DNA of 62,773 nt from Craspedostauros australis. Its lineage: Eukaryota. Shown piece by piece: positions 33,946-46,688 of this stretch (position 1 is the first letter of the stretch; the number at the start of each line of letters is the position of its first letter). The stretch spans positions 62,001 through 124,773 of the forward strand of contig JALAGF010002141.1 of the NCBI GenBank assembly GCA_030167865.1. The letters run 5' to 3'. The notes under the pieces are model-generated. The model made no database searches and was not told where the DNA came from. It saw nothing but the letters and a program-made list of their open reading frames with translations. Both the position numbers and the translations under genes were made by a program.

Positions 33946-34915
33946 CGTTGGTGTGGTTGTTTTTGCTATCGTTCTTGTTGTTATTGATATCGTCGTTGTC
34001 TTGATGAGATTGGTCGCACTACTAATAGAGCACTCTGGTGTTTGCTTGCTCCACTCGCACTCTGCCTGTGTCTATTATTATATGGCTATAATAATATTAT
34101 ACTAGACGAGCTGCTTGTGCGAGTATTCGTATGCCCTCCGACGTTGGTTGTGTGATTGGTCTTCTTGATGCGCTGTTGTCATGATGTGCCAACTGTCTCT
34201 TTCTGCAACGATTCTTGATGCGTTGATTCGCTGATTTTTGATGTCGAGAGGTTGATGTTGGGAGTTTCCGAATCTCTTCCCGCTTCGAATTCTGACGGAT
34301 TGGCACATTTGGTTGGTCCTCGTGGAGTCGCGATCCGTCTTGTTGGAAAATAACGATCGTAACGGCATTTCTATCCGCAAACATCCTCCACACCATCTGC
34401 TGTACGTATTCGTACCACCCAGTCTGCGAGTATTGGCGTTGCATGAATACTTCTGCTACTAGAATACTATTCTGCAAACATTCTCATCAAGTCATCACAC
34501 TAGGACGAGTAGCGTGCGACCATCAGAGCATTACAGTTCCATGCCACGAAGAGTACAAGCAATAGCCGTGGGAGCACCGAAATGCGATACGTTCCTCATC
34601 TCTAGAGTTTACGCGTACCAAACGATCGTGACCTTCTTCGCCACGTGTTCATCTGGTTTTGATTCGGAAGTTGCCATGGCACCATCTCTTTCGCAGCACC
34701 TGTTGTACTTCTATCCATTCCTTGTCTTTCATCCGACTTCAATCTCCATTCATGTCTTGAAATCTTCGAACTCTCCTTCGCATTAATTTGGCAATCTAGC
34801 AATGAGCGAGTGAATGCGTTCATTCATTGGTAACCTCGCCTGACGTTGCATTGCGTTCCATTGCATCACCTTGTCATATCCAATCATCTTCATCAATTCA
34901 ATTCATCGATCAAGT

Positions 34916-36358
34916 TCATGTTGCAAAGAATGCCAAACCCGATAACCTCGAGACGATATACTCGCCGAGCGGCCCGTCCAGCATGAACCGCGAGATGGTC
35001 ACGGCCATGACGACGCCTAGAATATCCATGATGACCTGGATACTAGTGGAGGAATGGGCCGGATCCACGCCGCACCACTCCAGCACGATGGGCAGAATGG
35101 CGCCCAGCACGATGCTGCTGAAGACTATGGCTGCCAACGCCGCCGTGACGGTCAGTGCCTCCGCCATGGGCGTGCGGAAGAAGATGGCGCGGCAGAATCC
35201 GGTCACGCTGAGAATCACGGACAGCGCCGCTGCCATCTTGAACTCGCGTATCAGGAATTGCTTGCGCGTGGCGTCGTTGAGCGTGCCCAGAGCCAGGCCG
35301 CGGATGACGCGCACGCTGGCTTGGTTGCCGGCATTGCCGCCGGCGCCCACGAGCATGGTGAGGAAGTAGATGATGACGGGATGGTTGGCCAGCAGGGCCT
35401 CGTTGTGGCTCAGGATGATGCCGGATAAGGATTGCATGATGAGGAGGCCGACGAGCCAGTAGGCGCGATCGCGCAGCGCCGTGCCGAACGAGATGGCGGG
35501 TTCCACTGGACAGCCGTCTGTGTGCATGAATACCATATGGCGAATGGAATAACGAATAGTGCAGAATGTAGTTACATTGCATTGTGTGAGTGGACAAGAA
35601 GATGAAGATGTGGACGCATTCCAACAGTGTGATCAGCACAATTGGGAGTGCATCGAGTGAACATCACAGGCGCAAAACGAACCCAGCAAAAGGTGTCTAT
35701 CCGTACCTTCCTCGTCGTCATCGCACAACACTTCGTACTTTGCTTGCCTCGCACTGCCATTGGCAGTAGCATCTACGGTGTCGCCATTCGTGGCATCGGC
35801 AGCGATACTGACAACTTGAATATCATCACGCACTCCGTTGGGATGCGTCTGATAGTAATGCTTCGTTCCATCGAAGGCAAGATCCTCCCAATCCTCGCCT
35901 TCGAATTTCTCCAGGATGATGCGGTTGATCTTGAGCAGATCGTTCTCCTTTTGCAGCTCCTCCAATTTGAGCCGCAGATATTTATTTTCGGAATGGACGC
36001 TATCGAAACTCTCCTTATCCGGGGCGCTGCTGTTGATGCCGTTGATGCCGTTGATGCCGTTGATACCGTTGCTTCCGTTGATGCCGTTGACTCCTGCGCG
36101 TGGATCGATGTTGTTGTGGGTGCTGCGCAGTTGCGTGGAGCGTTGGGCTATGTCGCGCAATGAATTGGATTGAGACGAAAGCTTGCGAGATCTTTTGACA
36201 ATCTTTCTCTTTTGGAAGACTGCTGACGTTGCCGCTGATGTTGGTGCTGTCATAGGTACGGAGCGGAATAATAATGGGGCCATCCATGCATTGGTTGGCC
36301 GCGTTTGGAGGAGCACGACCAGGAGGGTCACTGCGAATACACGTATCAGTGGCATCAT
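34916..36358 (-). CDS. MgtE-type divalent cation (Mg2+) transporter membrane domain, probably plastid-targeted; 2 exons
   Basis: Exons 36358 (or 36487)-35707 and 35517-34916 are in frame (DDDEE-D-GCPVEP). Motifs DRAYWLVGLL, MLVGAGGNAGNQASVRVIRGLALG and GVDPAHSSTSIQVIMDILG. Presequence MMPLIRVFAVTLLVVLLQTRPTNA-WMAP. Confidence 0.9.
36031..36094 (-). repeat. 9-bp coding tandem repeat encoding (NGI)n in the MgtE N-terminal extension
   Basis: gttgatgcc units; the protein reads GVNGINGSNGINGINGINGIN. Confidence 0.8.
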
Positions 36359-36951
36359 TGCGATTCCTGACTTCCTTGTGTTGGACCGTGCCGATCGTCT
36401 CGATGCTTGCTGATGATTCCTTCTGGATGTTGTGACTGTTCTGTTGGATGATGATTGCAACGATGACGACGATGATGATGGATGCATTGTCTCGTCCTGC
36501 CTTGTGACTCGCACCGATGAGATGAATGAATGAGGCTTGTCTTGAAGGTGCTCTCCTTGTGTGATACTCTACTTGCACACTGCGACTCGGTGACTGGCGT
36601 GTGTTCGTCCGTATGTGGAGTATGTCGCTTGGAGCTACTGAATACGCTCACGGTGCAACTGGAATGATGTGAAGTGGGGTATGGTTGCCTGCGACTTCAG
36701 AAGCTCTGATGCTGATGCTGATGCTGACGCTGGTGCTGCTGTTCTTGGTTCCCTTTTTGTGATCACCACCAATCGGGCACCAGGTTTGTTCTGATCTCTC
36801 TCTTCTGTCAGGGTTCTTTTCTCGCAACACATGTGTCAAGGAGACTCGCGTGCCTCCGACACTTGTCGAGACACTTCGGGAGATGGGAAGTGGTGAAGCG
36901 TCTCGTGCCAAGAACTCGTTTTGCGTGTGATGTTTCGCGTCGTGGGAACTT

Positions 36952-36989
36952 CAACACGCTTCGCCCAACACGCTTCGCCCAACACGCTT
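36952..36989. repeat. 14-bp tandem duplication in the MgtE/BDP1 divergent intergenic region
   Basis: caacacgcttcgcc caacacgcttcgcc caacacgctt. Confidence 0.75.
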
Positions 36990-37467
36990 TTTGTCGTCAT
37001 TCATGAGTCGCGAATGGCATTGAATCGTGACCAACCTCGAATCACGTGTAACGAGTCATGTCAAGTCCCGCCATTTACGACTAACTTGATCACTGTCGCG
37101 CCAACAACACGCAATTCTGGCGCGAAAATCGTTTCGTTCGTTGCGTGTTTGTGCGGAATGGAACTCGAGAACAGCAGAAGCGTCGTCGTTGTTGTTGTTG
37201 TTGTTGGCGAAGTTCCTATCCTCTTGATCATCTTGTTGACGATTGCGCCGATCAACCAATCAATCCATCATCCAAGTTGATGCCAAGAGCACTGTTGCGA
37301 CAAGATCCCACCCAGTTCCAATCAGGTCTCTGATCTGCAGGCATTCGAAGTCCCGAAGGATTCTGACAGAGCAGAAGCAGGAGCCAAACGCTCAGGAGTT
37401 GGGGCAACAAACACGAGAACAGTAGCGACCTCATCGCATCACACCACACTGCGAAGCACGCAACAAT

Positions 37468-39538
37468 ATGTCATCAGCATCTCCCGTGGTGGCGTTGGTA
37501 CCGGCCAAGAAGAAGGGCAAGAAGAAGACGCTCAGTTTCCGACCAGCCAAGAGAAAGGCCCCGAGCAAACCTTCATCGGCTAAAAAGAAGGACACCGCCT
37601 CGAAACCGGCTGCGGTGAAGAATGCGTCTGCGCTGAAGCCTGGCAAAGCCAAAGGCAGCGTCATCTCGCCCAAGAGACGTCGCGTCGCCATTGGAAAGAC
37701 CACAACTTTCGGAGTCGATGAAGTTGGCGGTGAGCAGATACAGAAACAGACGCAGAGTCAGACGCAGACGCAGACGCAATCGTTGAGCCAATTCGAGGGC
37801 AAGACGGTGTCCAAGTCCGCCACTGTTATTGAACGCAGGAGGAAGCGGCCGACGTCTACGTCGAGTGAGGCGACCGCTGGCGCGTTAGTGGTAGCTGGCC
37901 GCAATGTTGACGATGATGGAAATCGCGAACATGAGCTTGAATATGATGATGATGTGGACGAACATGACGAGCAAAGCAAAGATGATCAAGAGGCGGACGA
38001 GCATGATGAGGAGCAAGCGGCAAAGACAGCTGCGGAACAGGAAGCCACCGCGGCGAAGGAAGCAGCCAAAGCGGCCGCCGCGCAGAAGGCCCTGCACGAT
38101 AAGGCGTTGCTGGAGAAGCTGCAGGGCGAAGACCCGACCGGCACGCGGTTGATGGCCTTCTGCGGTCCGTTCAAGTCCAAAAAGAAGAGAGTACGCAGGA
38201 AGAAGAAGAAAGAGACGCAACCGCGCGGTGCTGCGGCTGGTGCAAATCGAAACAACGCCGATGCGGAGACGGCCGAAGCCGCAGCTGCCAATGCGCCAGT
38301 CAATGCCTCCACCAACGATGGACCAGCCGTGCAGATTGTGGACGGCGAAATCGTGCTGCAGGAATCCAGTCTGGTCGTGCAACCGCGCAAGACCGTTGAG
38401 CAGGTCGAGGCGGAGTTCGGTCAGGTCATCGAGGAGGACGCCACGATGGCCATCATCGGTGCCAACTACTCCTCCTTCAAGACCAAGAACGTCTCCGAGA
38501 AGGCACCGCACCATTGGCAGGCGGAGGAGACCAAGCTCTTCTATCATGCACTGAGACAGCTCGGCACGGACTTTTGTTCCATGGAGGTCATGTTCCCCGA
38601 ACGTTCGCGCAAGCAGCTCAAGCGCAAGTACTCGACGGAACTCAACAAGAATCCGAAGCTCATCGACTGGGCGTTGCATCCCAAGAATCAGCTCGAGCTT
38701 GGTAAGCTTTTCCGTTGTTGATTGTTGGTTGGTTGTGTATACGTGAGGCATCCTGTTGCATTGCGTGGCATTGGATTGCATGGCATTGCATTGCGTGATT
38801 CTGGCAAATGCCATTCCCTGCACCATTGTTCGTGGATCTGAAAATATCCTGTGAACAACCAAGATGCAACTACCCTAATCTCTAACATACCGTACATTCT
38901 CACATTCCTACTCCCACACCTTTGCTTGCAACTCATACAATGCCCACACAATCCAACAAACAGACATATCCGCGTTCAACATCGAGATAACGGATGAAGA
39001 GATCCAAAAGTCCATCGAAGATCAGAACAAGCCAATCGTCGTGGAGCAAGTGGCTGGACAGAACGGCAACGTCGGTGCGGATGACGATCATAATGCCGGT
39101 GAACACGCGGCGGAAGGTGCCCGTGCTTCTCACAAGAGCCTGCAAGAGCAATGGGAAGAGGTATTTGAGGATGCCGACGATGATCGGGAGGTCGAAGCGG
39201 AGCAGTACCGAAAGCAGCAGCAGCAGGAGAATGAACACGAACAAAACGATCCTTCGCAAACCCAAGATGATCCTTCACAAGACGCCACCGATCCATTCCA
39301 ACTGGATGCCATGCAGGCCGATCCCATGCTGGAGGGCGACAACGAGATGGAAAACGAGATGGATTTCTTGCACGCAACGAATGAATTTGGGGATGACGAT
39401 GACGATGCATTCGGCATGGCAGAGCAACCGCCGCAACCGCAGGAACAGGAAGTATTGTCCCCCATCATGCCGGGCAAATCCAACAAGAAGGGAAAGAAGA
39501 AACCCAAGTTCCGCACGGCGCCACGCAGGAAGAAATGA
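37468..39538 (+). CDS. BDP1: TFIIIB B-double-prime subunit (Bdp1-like SANT domain protein), 2 exons, about 602 aa
   Basis: Exons 37468-38701 and 38964-39538 are in frame (QLEL-D-ISAFNIE). GPAVQIVDGEIVLQESSLVV followed by the SANT domain WQAEETKLFYHALRQLGTDFCSMEVMFPERSRKQLKRKYSTELNKNPKLIDWAL. Confidence 0.87.
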
Positions 39539-40895
39539 ACAGCCTGGGGGTGGTTGTTTCATGGGAAGGTCCTACAGCAAGATGATGGGCACGTTCTCAG
39601 AGTGAAGTGTAGAGCTGATGATCATCGTCAATACATATTTCCATTCTCCGCTCTACTCCCATTCGGCTACCGCAATGTATGAAAAGGTCTACTGTGCAAG
39701 AACGCTGTAATCTACTCTCGTACGAGTACTCTAGCACGCCAGAATCTGGAGATAGGCGGCAAAGATTCTTGGTGCACTGGAACTGGTTGGGACACCCAAT
39801 CAATTTCGAGAACTGAGGCTGATGTGGCCAGATGTGTCTTCGTCAGTCTGTCGCATGATTGTCGATCGTTAATTGATGTGGTGTCGTAGATGACGTGAGA
39901 GTTCGTGTTAATTATCGACTTCGGCGAACGCTTTCTGCACCAAGTGTACATACTACTAGTGGCGCGGAGAAGTTTTGCGAGCGTTTCGCGTCGGAGAGAG
40001 AAAAAGAGCACAACTTCAATCAACGAGTTGCACCGCGCGAAGCGTTCTCGCGCTTCGGACATGTTTTGCGCTCGTCTGTCCTCCTTTTCAATCCACTGTA
40101 TTGCCGTCTGTTCGATGCCATGGTGTCGTTTCGTACTGAACTGTACTTTGCGCCTTCTGTTGGTTGGTACTGCTCTGTGGCATCCGTCGTTGTTGGCAGC
40201 AAGAACTCGGCGAACACAAGCGCACCTGCGCACAAATGGGACAAACCACACAAGAAGCACGCAGAGGCAATTCGTCACATCTCACGCCACAAGAAGGCAA
40301 GGAGGGGACCGAGAGGCACGAGCAGTCCGCACACAGACAGCTGCCAAACCACAAACATCAAAGAAGCCATCAACCGAGCCAAGCCGACAAAAGACAAGGG
40401 AACCCAAATTTAGAGCAGAGTGGGCAAGGAAGCAAGAGGGCAAGAGGACATTGCAGAGCAACAGACAGAGCAACAGGCAAAGCAACCAAAGCGAAGAAAA
40501 CGAAAGGAAAGGAAGTCGGAGGCGAAAGCACACAAACCGCTGACCAGAGCCTCAAGTTTGGCGCGAACCAGATCAACGAAGGAACCTCCATCCGAGGACG
40601 CAGCCAAAAGATCAGGAACGGCTCCGAGTGAAGCCAACACACAGAAATCCAAACGCAGCGAATCTGCGGCGCGATCACGAGAAAATCCAGCAGAGAAGAG
40701 GCACCACCATAGCTCCTGCTGAAACGCATCTGCAGCGTTGCTACCGTTCCATCCACAAACAGAGCAAGCGCATGGCCATAACAGAGGACCACACCTGAAG
40801 CAAAGGCGAACCAAGGGAGGCGAGGTTGGCTTGAGCAGCACAAAGGGGCATTCGCAGGCCGTGTTCGCTTGACTTTCGGGCACCACCGTACTCGT

Positions 40896-40955
40896 ATCAT
40901 ACTGTACTGCACTGTACCATACGATACCGTACCGTATTGTATTGTATTGTATTGG
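40896..40955. repeat. Degenerate pentamer microsatellite (TACTG/TACCG/TATTG)n upstream of the PP2C gene
   Basis: tactgtactgcactgtaccatacgataccgtaccgtattgtattgtattgtattgg. Confidence 0.7.
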
Positions 40956-41022
40956 TACCGTGCCGCCAACCACAGCAGATCCATCCAAACGAACACGGAA
41001 GCGAAAAGAGCCACAGGCAGCC

Positions 41023-44000
41023 ATGTCGGATGATTCTGCATCGTCAACCTTGCCATCGCAGGCCAAGCCTGTTGCTGAGCAAAGCCAACAACCAGGAACC
41101 ACTGCGCGTTTGCCTCTGCATCAATCTCTTCCTGTCATGGATGGTCGCAACGACGGAGACCATGATGAGACTCACCTCAGCAACGGCCGCCTAAGCAAGG
41201 ATCAGCATGGCTCGGAGAGAATCATCGTGACAACCGCTGCAACGTCTGATTCTGGTTGCGGTCGGGACGTTGATTGCAGCACAGACCATGACACCAGATC
41301 ACAGTCCACGAGATCATCCAGATCAACGCATTCCGTGTCGTCGCAGATCCTATCGCCGTCCATCGCTGATGATACGCGCCCCACCGCGGCTGTTCATGTC
41401 AAGGTTGCACCCGCCGCCGGTTCTGCCCACAGCGACAGTGCCAATGACGCTCATGTTCCTGTCCATACTGTCACAAGTCGGCAGACCACGCATCATTCAC
41501 ATACACCACATCGTGCACAGAATGTTCCGCACAGATTCGAAGCTCCACGAACACGATCAACAACGAAACAGCAGATACGGACAACAACGTTGCAATCATT
41601 ACCATCATTACCATCGTCATCATCTTCAGCACTGCCAAGTGCACCCACAACGTCATCATCATCACCTCTTTCCAGCATGCAACAATCTCCACTCCACCAT
41701 CCCCAACAATCACATTCACATTCACACCAACATCCATTCCATGCATCATCTTCGCTGCACCCAACACGCTCGCCACATCGCACACCACTGCATCCACTGG
41801 AAGATGACAGAGACCAGGCGCGGTACAGCGGCACCGCCAGCGCATCTGAATCTTCACAAAGCGTCACCACTGCGGCAACAACCACAACGACGACCAGAGA
41901 TCCATTGCATTCACCCAGCCTGGCTTCTTCCGTTGGAGCCGGAGCAGCGTCATCTGAGGTATGTACATCCATCTACGTATGATCTCCGCATGACGCATTC
42001 TATCGATGCGCAACATCCATGCTCACACACTTGCTCGCTCACTCATTCATCTATTCATTCATTCGTCCATTCATTGGCCCATTCATTCTTGCATTATGTG
42101 ACTGGCTCGGCATGTGCTTGGTCCTTCGTCCAACTCGAATCGGATCGAATCGAACAGGAGGAAAGCGTCGCAGAACTCGGAGATGTCAGCGAAGGTGAAT
42201 GCTCATCATCAGTCGATGGTGATCATCACAGACTGGCATTACGCCGCGCACGGGCTTTAGAGATTGCAAATGAGCTCAGCAAGGAGTTCAGTTCCGGCGT
42301 CGTCGCCGTCGCCAAACGTCTCTCAGCTCCCAAGAGCGCATCTCGCAAGCCGCAACCGCACGTTGAAAGCCCAGCATCTGCTGTCACCACAGACAGCGTC
42401 CCGCCTGTGGTGCTCCAATCGTCGCTCAAGCGCAAAGCGCATTCGATGCCTCCAGTCTCGCTCGGCACACCATCCTCATCATCTTCCCAACGGCACACTC
42501 GCATGTCGCCAAAATCACCCCTCCCCCTATCAGCAGTCAAGGTTGCTCGTTTTTCGGAACCTGCCGATGACTCAGAGTCGCTGCACGATCGACCCATGTC
42601 ACTACTCACACGCCGAACACACAGCAAAACAACAAAGAAGGCCAGAAGCGCGATGAAGCACTATCGTACTCGGAGCAAAGACAGCGATGCTCACACGCAT
42701 CAGCTGCAACACAAGAAGCAGCCACCAACCAGTGCTGTATGCAGTGCTCCCAGCGATCGTGCGTCGCTATCATCGTCTCTTTCGTCGTCTGCAACAAAAC
42801 CAGGTGCGACAGCCACTTCAAACACGGCAGCGTTAGAAAACAACCCATCCACACCGACACCATCAACGATACCTGGGTCTGCTGCATCGCATCCCGGGGC
42901 AGAAATATCAGCCGGAGCGAATCCGCTCTTGACAAGAGCGGCATCGTTGATATCTCCCCGCGAATTGCCACTCAACTCTGCGCGCCACGGATCGCACGGA
43001 CCGCAGCCACATGATGAAGATGCGTTGCAAGACAAGAGCAAGGATTCGTCCACGAGACATACCGATTCACCGTCCCCCTATCACCTCAAGGATCCACGAC
43101 GCGCGCAACATCAGCAGCAAAAGCAGCAACAACGACGACTCGAGCTACAGCAACAATCGCATGACAATGACGAACTCGATCATTTGCCGACGTCACTGCC
43201 AAAGTTCCGCGAACCCAGAATATCGATGTGGACGTCGTCGCATGCAGCCAATTCACCGTCAGAAGATCGCAGCTCCTCCCTCGTCAATGTCCTGCTGCAA
43301 CCATTGCCACCCAATTTCGATTCAGAAACGCAGCTACCTCCGTTGGAACCAGAATACACGTCGTTGGTGCGATTGTCTCTCTGGTCGGTCATCGATGGAC
43401 ACGGCGGTGGCTGCGTGGCGACCTACGCATCGGAGGTGTTGCTGCCTCATATTGCGGCATCCATCTCGCGTTCCTTGGGTTGCGCCATCGTCGATCGGGG
43501 TGTATGCGAAGTCAACGGCCAGCTCCGTGATGCGAACGCGCTTGATCTCGATGGCCTCATCAAGACGTCCGGTCGCAACACGACCAACACCAACTCCATT
43601 CACTACCGTTCGCCCTACGAGGCCAGCGACAGCGACGAAGAAGATGCCGACGGCGATGACCTGTCGCAAGTGCGAGATGACGATGCGGCGACAGTCAACG
43701 ATTCCACAGGCACCAAAAGCCAAGCCTCAACGCCCGTTCCCTCGGTCGCTTCGTCTCTGATCGACCAATCCCCCGCTGCTGCCTCAGCATCTTCATCCGT
43801 CGGTGCATCCATGTCGTCTGTCAAAACATCGGTGAAAACAGCAACATCGACAGCCGCAAGGGACGCACCTGTTGGCACGCATTCGCCGAGCGAAGTGGCT
43901 GCGATCACGCGTGCCATCACGGAATCATTTCTCGCGGTGGACGAAGGTTGGATCAACTCGATCGATCCTGTGGCGACGCATCAAACATCCTGTCAAAGCA

Positions 44001-45790
44001 ATGGCAGATGGAACTCGGGCGCCTGCGCCTTGGTCGTCTTCACGGTCCAACGGCTGGAGTGGACGAGCGTCTTCGAAGCCGACCGCGAGCACGGTTTGCG
44101 CGGTCCGGAGAAGTGCATGGGACACGACACATCCCAGAATAAGGACGCTGCCAGACGCCGCATGCTCGATTACGCAACGCGCGCGAAGAGCGCAAGCTCA
44201 ATGAGCACGATATCATCCACCTCCTCGCTGACAACGACGGAAGACCGTGTTCACACGTCTGGTTTGGAATCGGAGATCACGGAAACCGAAGGCGAGGATG
44301 ACGACCACTCAACGGCCGATCACAAGCACCGCCGCCGTGATCCATCGCGGCGCACATCGCGTGGAGCAAACCTCCCGAAGGAGACATTGATCAAGGCGCC
44401 AGGGAGCTGCGCCTGCCACTGCTACCGTGCCTACGACGCGTTGCTGTACACAGCGCATGTCGGCGACTGCCGTGCTGTCATGCTGGGATCGGCGCCTCCA
44501 CGTACCATCAAGGTGCACGGTTCAGCAGATAGCCATACGGATGCCACGGATGACGAATCCAGCCACCACAGCTCCGATGAAACCGAGTGCCTCAGCAGTT
44601 CCGATCACGACGCCAACAGCAGCGATGACGAAGATGTCAATATTGAGCATGGCAAGTCTGCGTCATTGACAAAAAAGACTCCCACGACATCGCCGTACAT
44701 GGCCTACATGCGTCGCCCAACGCGCAGGCAACGCCGTCGTCCCGGAGATGATTTTGGAATGAACGCACCGTTCATCGCGCTGCCGCCTTTGGAGAGCTTC
44801 CAATCCGTCGAGTTTGAGATTGATAGCGACGTGGATCGCCGACGTGGAGGACAGATGGGCAATCCCAATGGCGGTGATCGATCTGATTCCTCGCAATCCT
44901 CATCGCAGGACAGCGCTGACATCATCCAGCTGCCTCCCGTCACCCGTCCCATCGATTTGACGACCGACCATTCCGCCTACAATCCAGCCGAAGTCACAGC
45001 GGTGCTGCGACGATGTAACAATGCCCCGAGGGCCATATCTGCGGGCGTCGGTGGCGGCATCAAACGAGTTGCAGGAAGCCTGGCTGTAACACGAGCGTTG
45101 GGCGACGCATACCTCAAAACTCCATTGCTGTCCTTCAACCCTTACAAGCGCCACGCGCCGTACATCACGGCTCGACCAGAAGTCAACTGCAGACCACTGG
45201 TGAAGAATGGTGACAAGGTGATCATTCTCGCCACGGATGGGGTTTGGGAACGTGCCACAGGCGAGGACGCGTTGCGGTGGGTGCGAAACTTTTACGCCGA
45301 ACGTATCGCGAAGCTGGAACGCCGCAAGAGCCGCCGATTGAACACGAACAGCCAATCCGATCGCAACGCCTCAGACTGCAGCGACGAAGCCAAGCAATTG
45401 CATCACGATGATGACAGCGACGATCGCGCCGAGATGGATCTTGTCAACACAGCGACCAACGGAAGCAATGTGGCGAACAATGGCGTTGGCGGCGGCGCCA
45501 GCAATAGCAACGCAACCGCGGCCAATGCCAGCAACCGCAAGCGAGAGCGCCCTCTCAGTCCCAGCCCACCGACGAAGCGGCTCAAACGCGGACGGTTGCA
45601 GAATTCGTCGCTATCTTCGAGATCAACCGTTGCCGATGTGATCGTCAGGCGTGTACTGAACAAGGTCCGTCGTGTCAAGAACATCTCGAGTCTCCAGGCG
45701 CTCATGTCCCTGCCGCAAGGTCGCGCACGTCGGTCGAAGCACGATGACATCACGGCAAGCGTCGTGGACTTGTCTGCCTTCGTGTCATAA
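41023..45790 (+). CDS. Very large PP2C/PPM-family protein phosphatase, 2 exons, about 1522 aa
   Basis: Exons 41023-41958 and 42158-45790 are in frame (ASSE|EESV). Motifs AANSPSEDR, WSVIDGHGG, NSGACALVV, LYTAHVGDCRAV, LTTDH, RVAGSLAVTRALGD, ILATDGVWE and RRSKHDDIT. Confidence 0.9.
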
Positions 45791-46688
45791 TGTCGATCTT
45801 GTATTGCTCGTGGTGCGTGTGGAGCATGTGGCTGAATGAGCACAGCATGCAGCAGGGCGACGGCAACCAATAGTGCAAGGACCATAACGATTGGATAAAT
45901 TGCTCACTTGGATGGCACATTGGCTCAACACGCAGTTGCGCATCACTTGTTCCAATGGAGAGTACTGGTATGGTACTCGTGCTCACGCGGCATTCACATG
46001 GGGATTGGCATCGTATGGTACGAGCTAGGCAAGCCCAAGGAACCACAGGCCGTGCCATTATAGCTGCACAAGCCGTGCACTCTATCAGTTGTCGACCTTC
46101 TCAGCTCATTTGCATGGCCTGAACTCTCGAACATCATTGTATTCTCTTCCGTCGCGCTGTACACTCTTCCAATGGTACCTCGTAGCTCGTCATTGACTGA
46201 GTTGCGAACTTCGTCCGCGTTCAAGTGTGACACTCTGCGCCCGTGTGAGATGCATTTGCGATGGTGATCTGCACAACCATGTGCGTGCCTGCTGGAGTCA
46301 CAATGGACAGAAACGGAAGGAAGAAGAGAACACTCCACCGATCTTCAAACAATCATGGTCGTACGACTAATAGTATTACGAGTGCGGTATGCTTTTTGCG
46401 ACGCCAGCGACACCGCGTCCAACTCGATGTTGTCATCGTGTTCCTGGCGAATCGAGCGATTTCTCGTTGCATCCGTGGTCCCGTCCACGCAGATCTCTCC
46501 GTTTGTACCACCCCCAATAGTACGAGCAAGTACTCGCACTGCACCGTGTTTGCGTCTTGCCAGCGTGGAAACTCGCTTTCGTTGGTCGTGCGTCGTTATC
46601 GCAACCGCAAAGACAAACTACTGTACGAGTCCGAGTATGACCACCATGTTCGCACGATACTATTATGCTAGAGTAGAGTACGATTGCC

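Noticed and set aside
36952-36989. Short direct repeats considered as CRISPR or transposon ends
   Set aside because: They are spacerless tandem duplications of 14 bp in a eukaryotic promoter, with no cas or transposase gene nearby.
40420-40722. Basic 100-aa ORF upstream of the PP2C gene
   Set aside because: It has a GTG start and lies in purine-rich leader-like sequence that lacks stops because of its composition.
45994-46338. 114-aa minus-strand ORF with LRR-like NDELRGTIG between the PP2C and golgin genes
   Set aside because: It contains only one partial repeat, has no convincing start and lies in convergent 3' UTR space.
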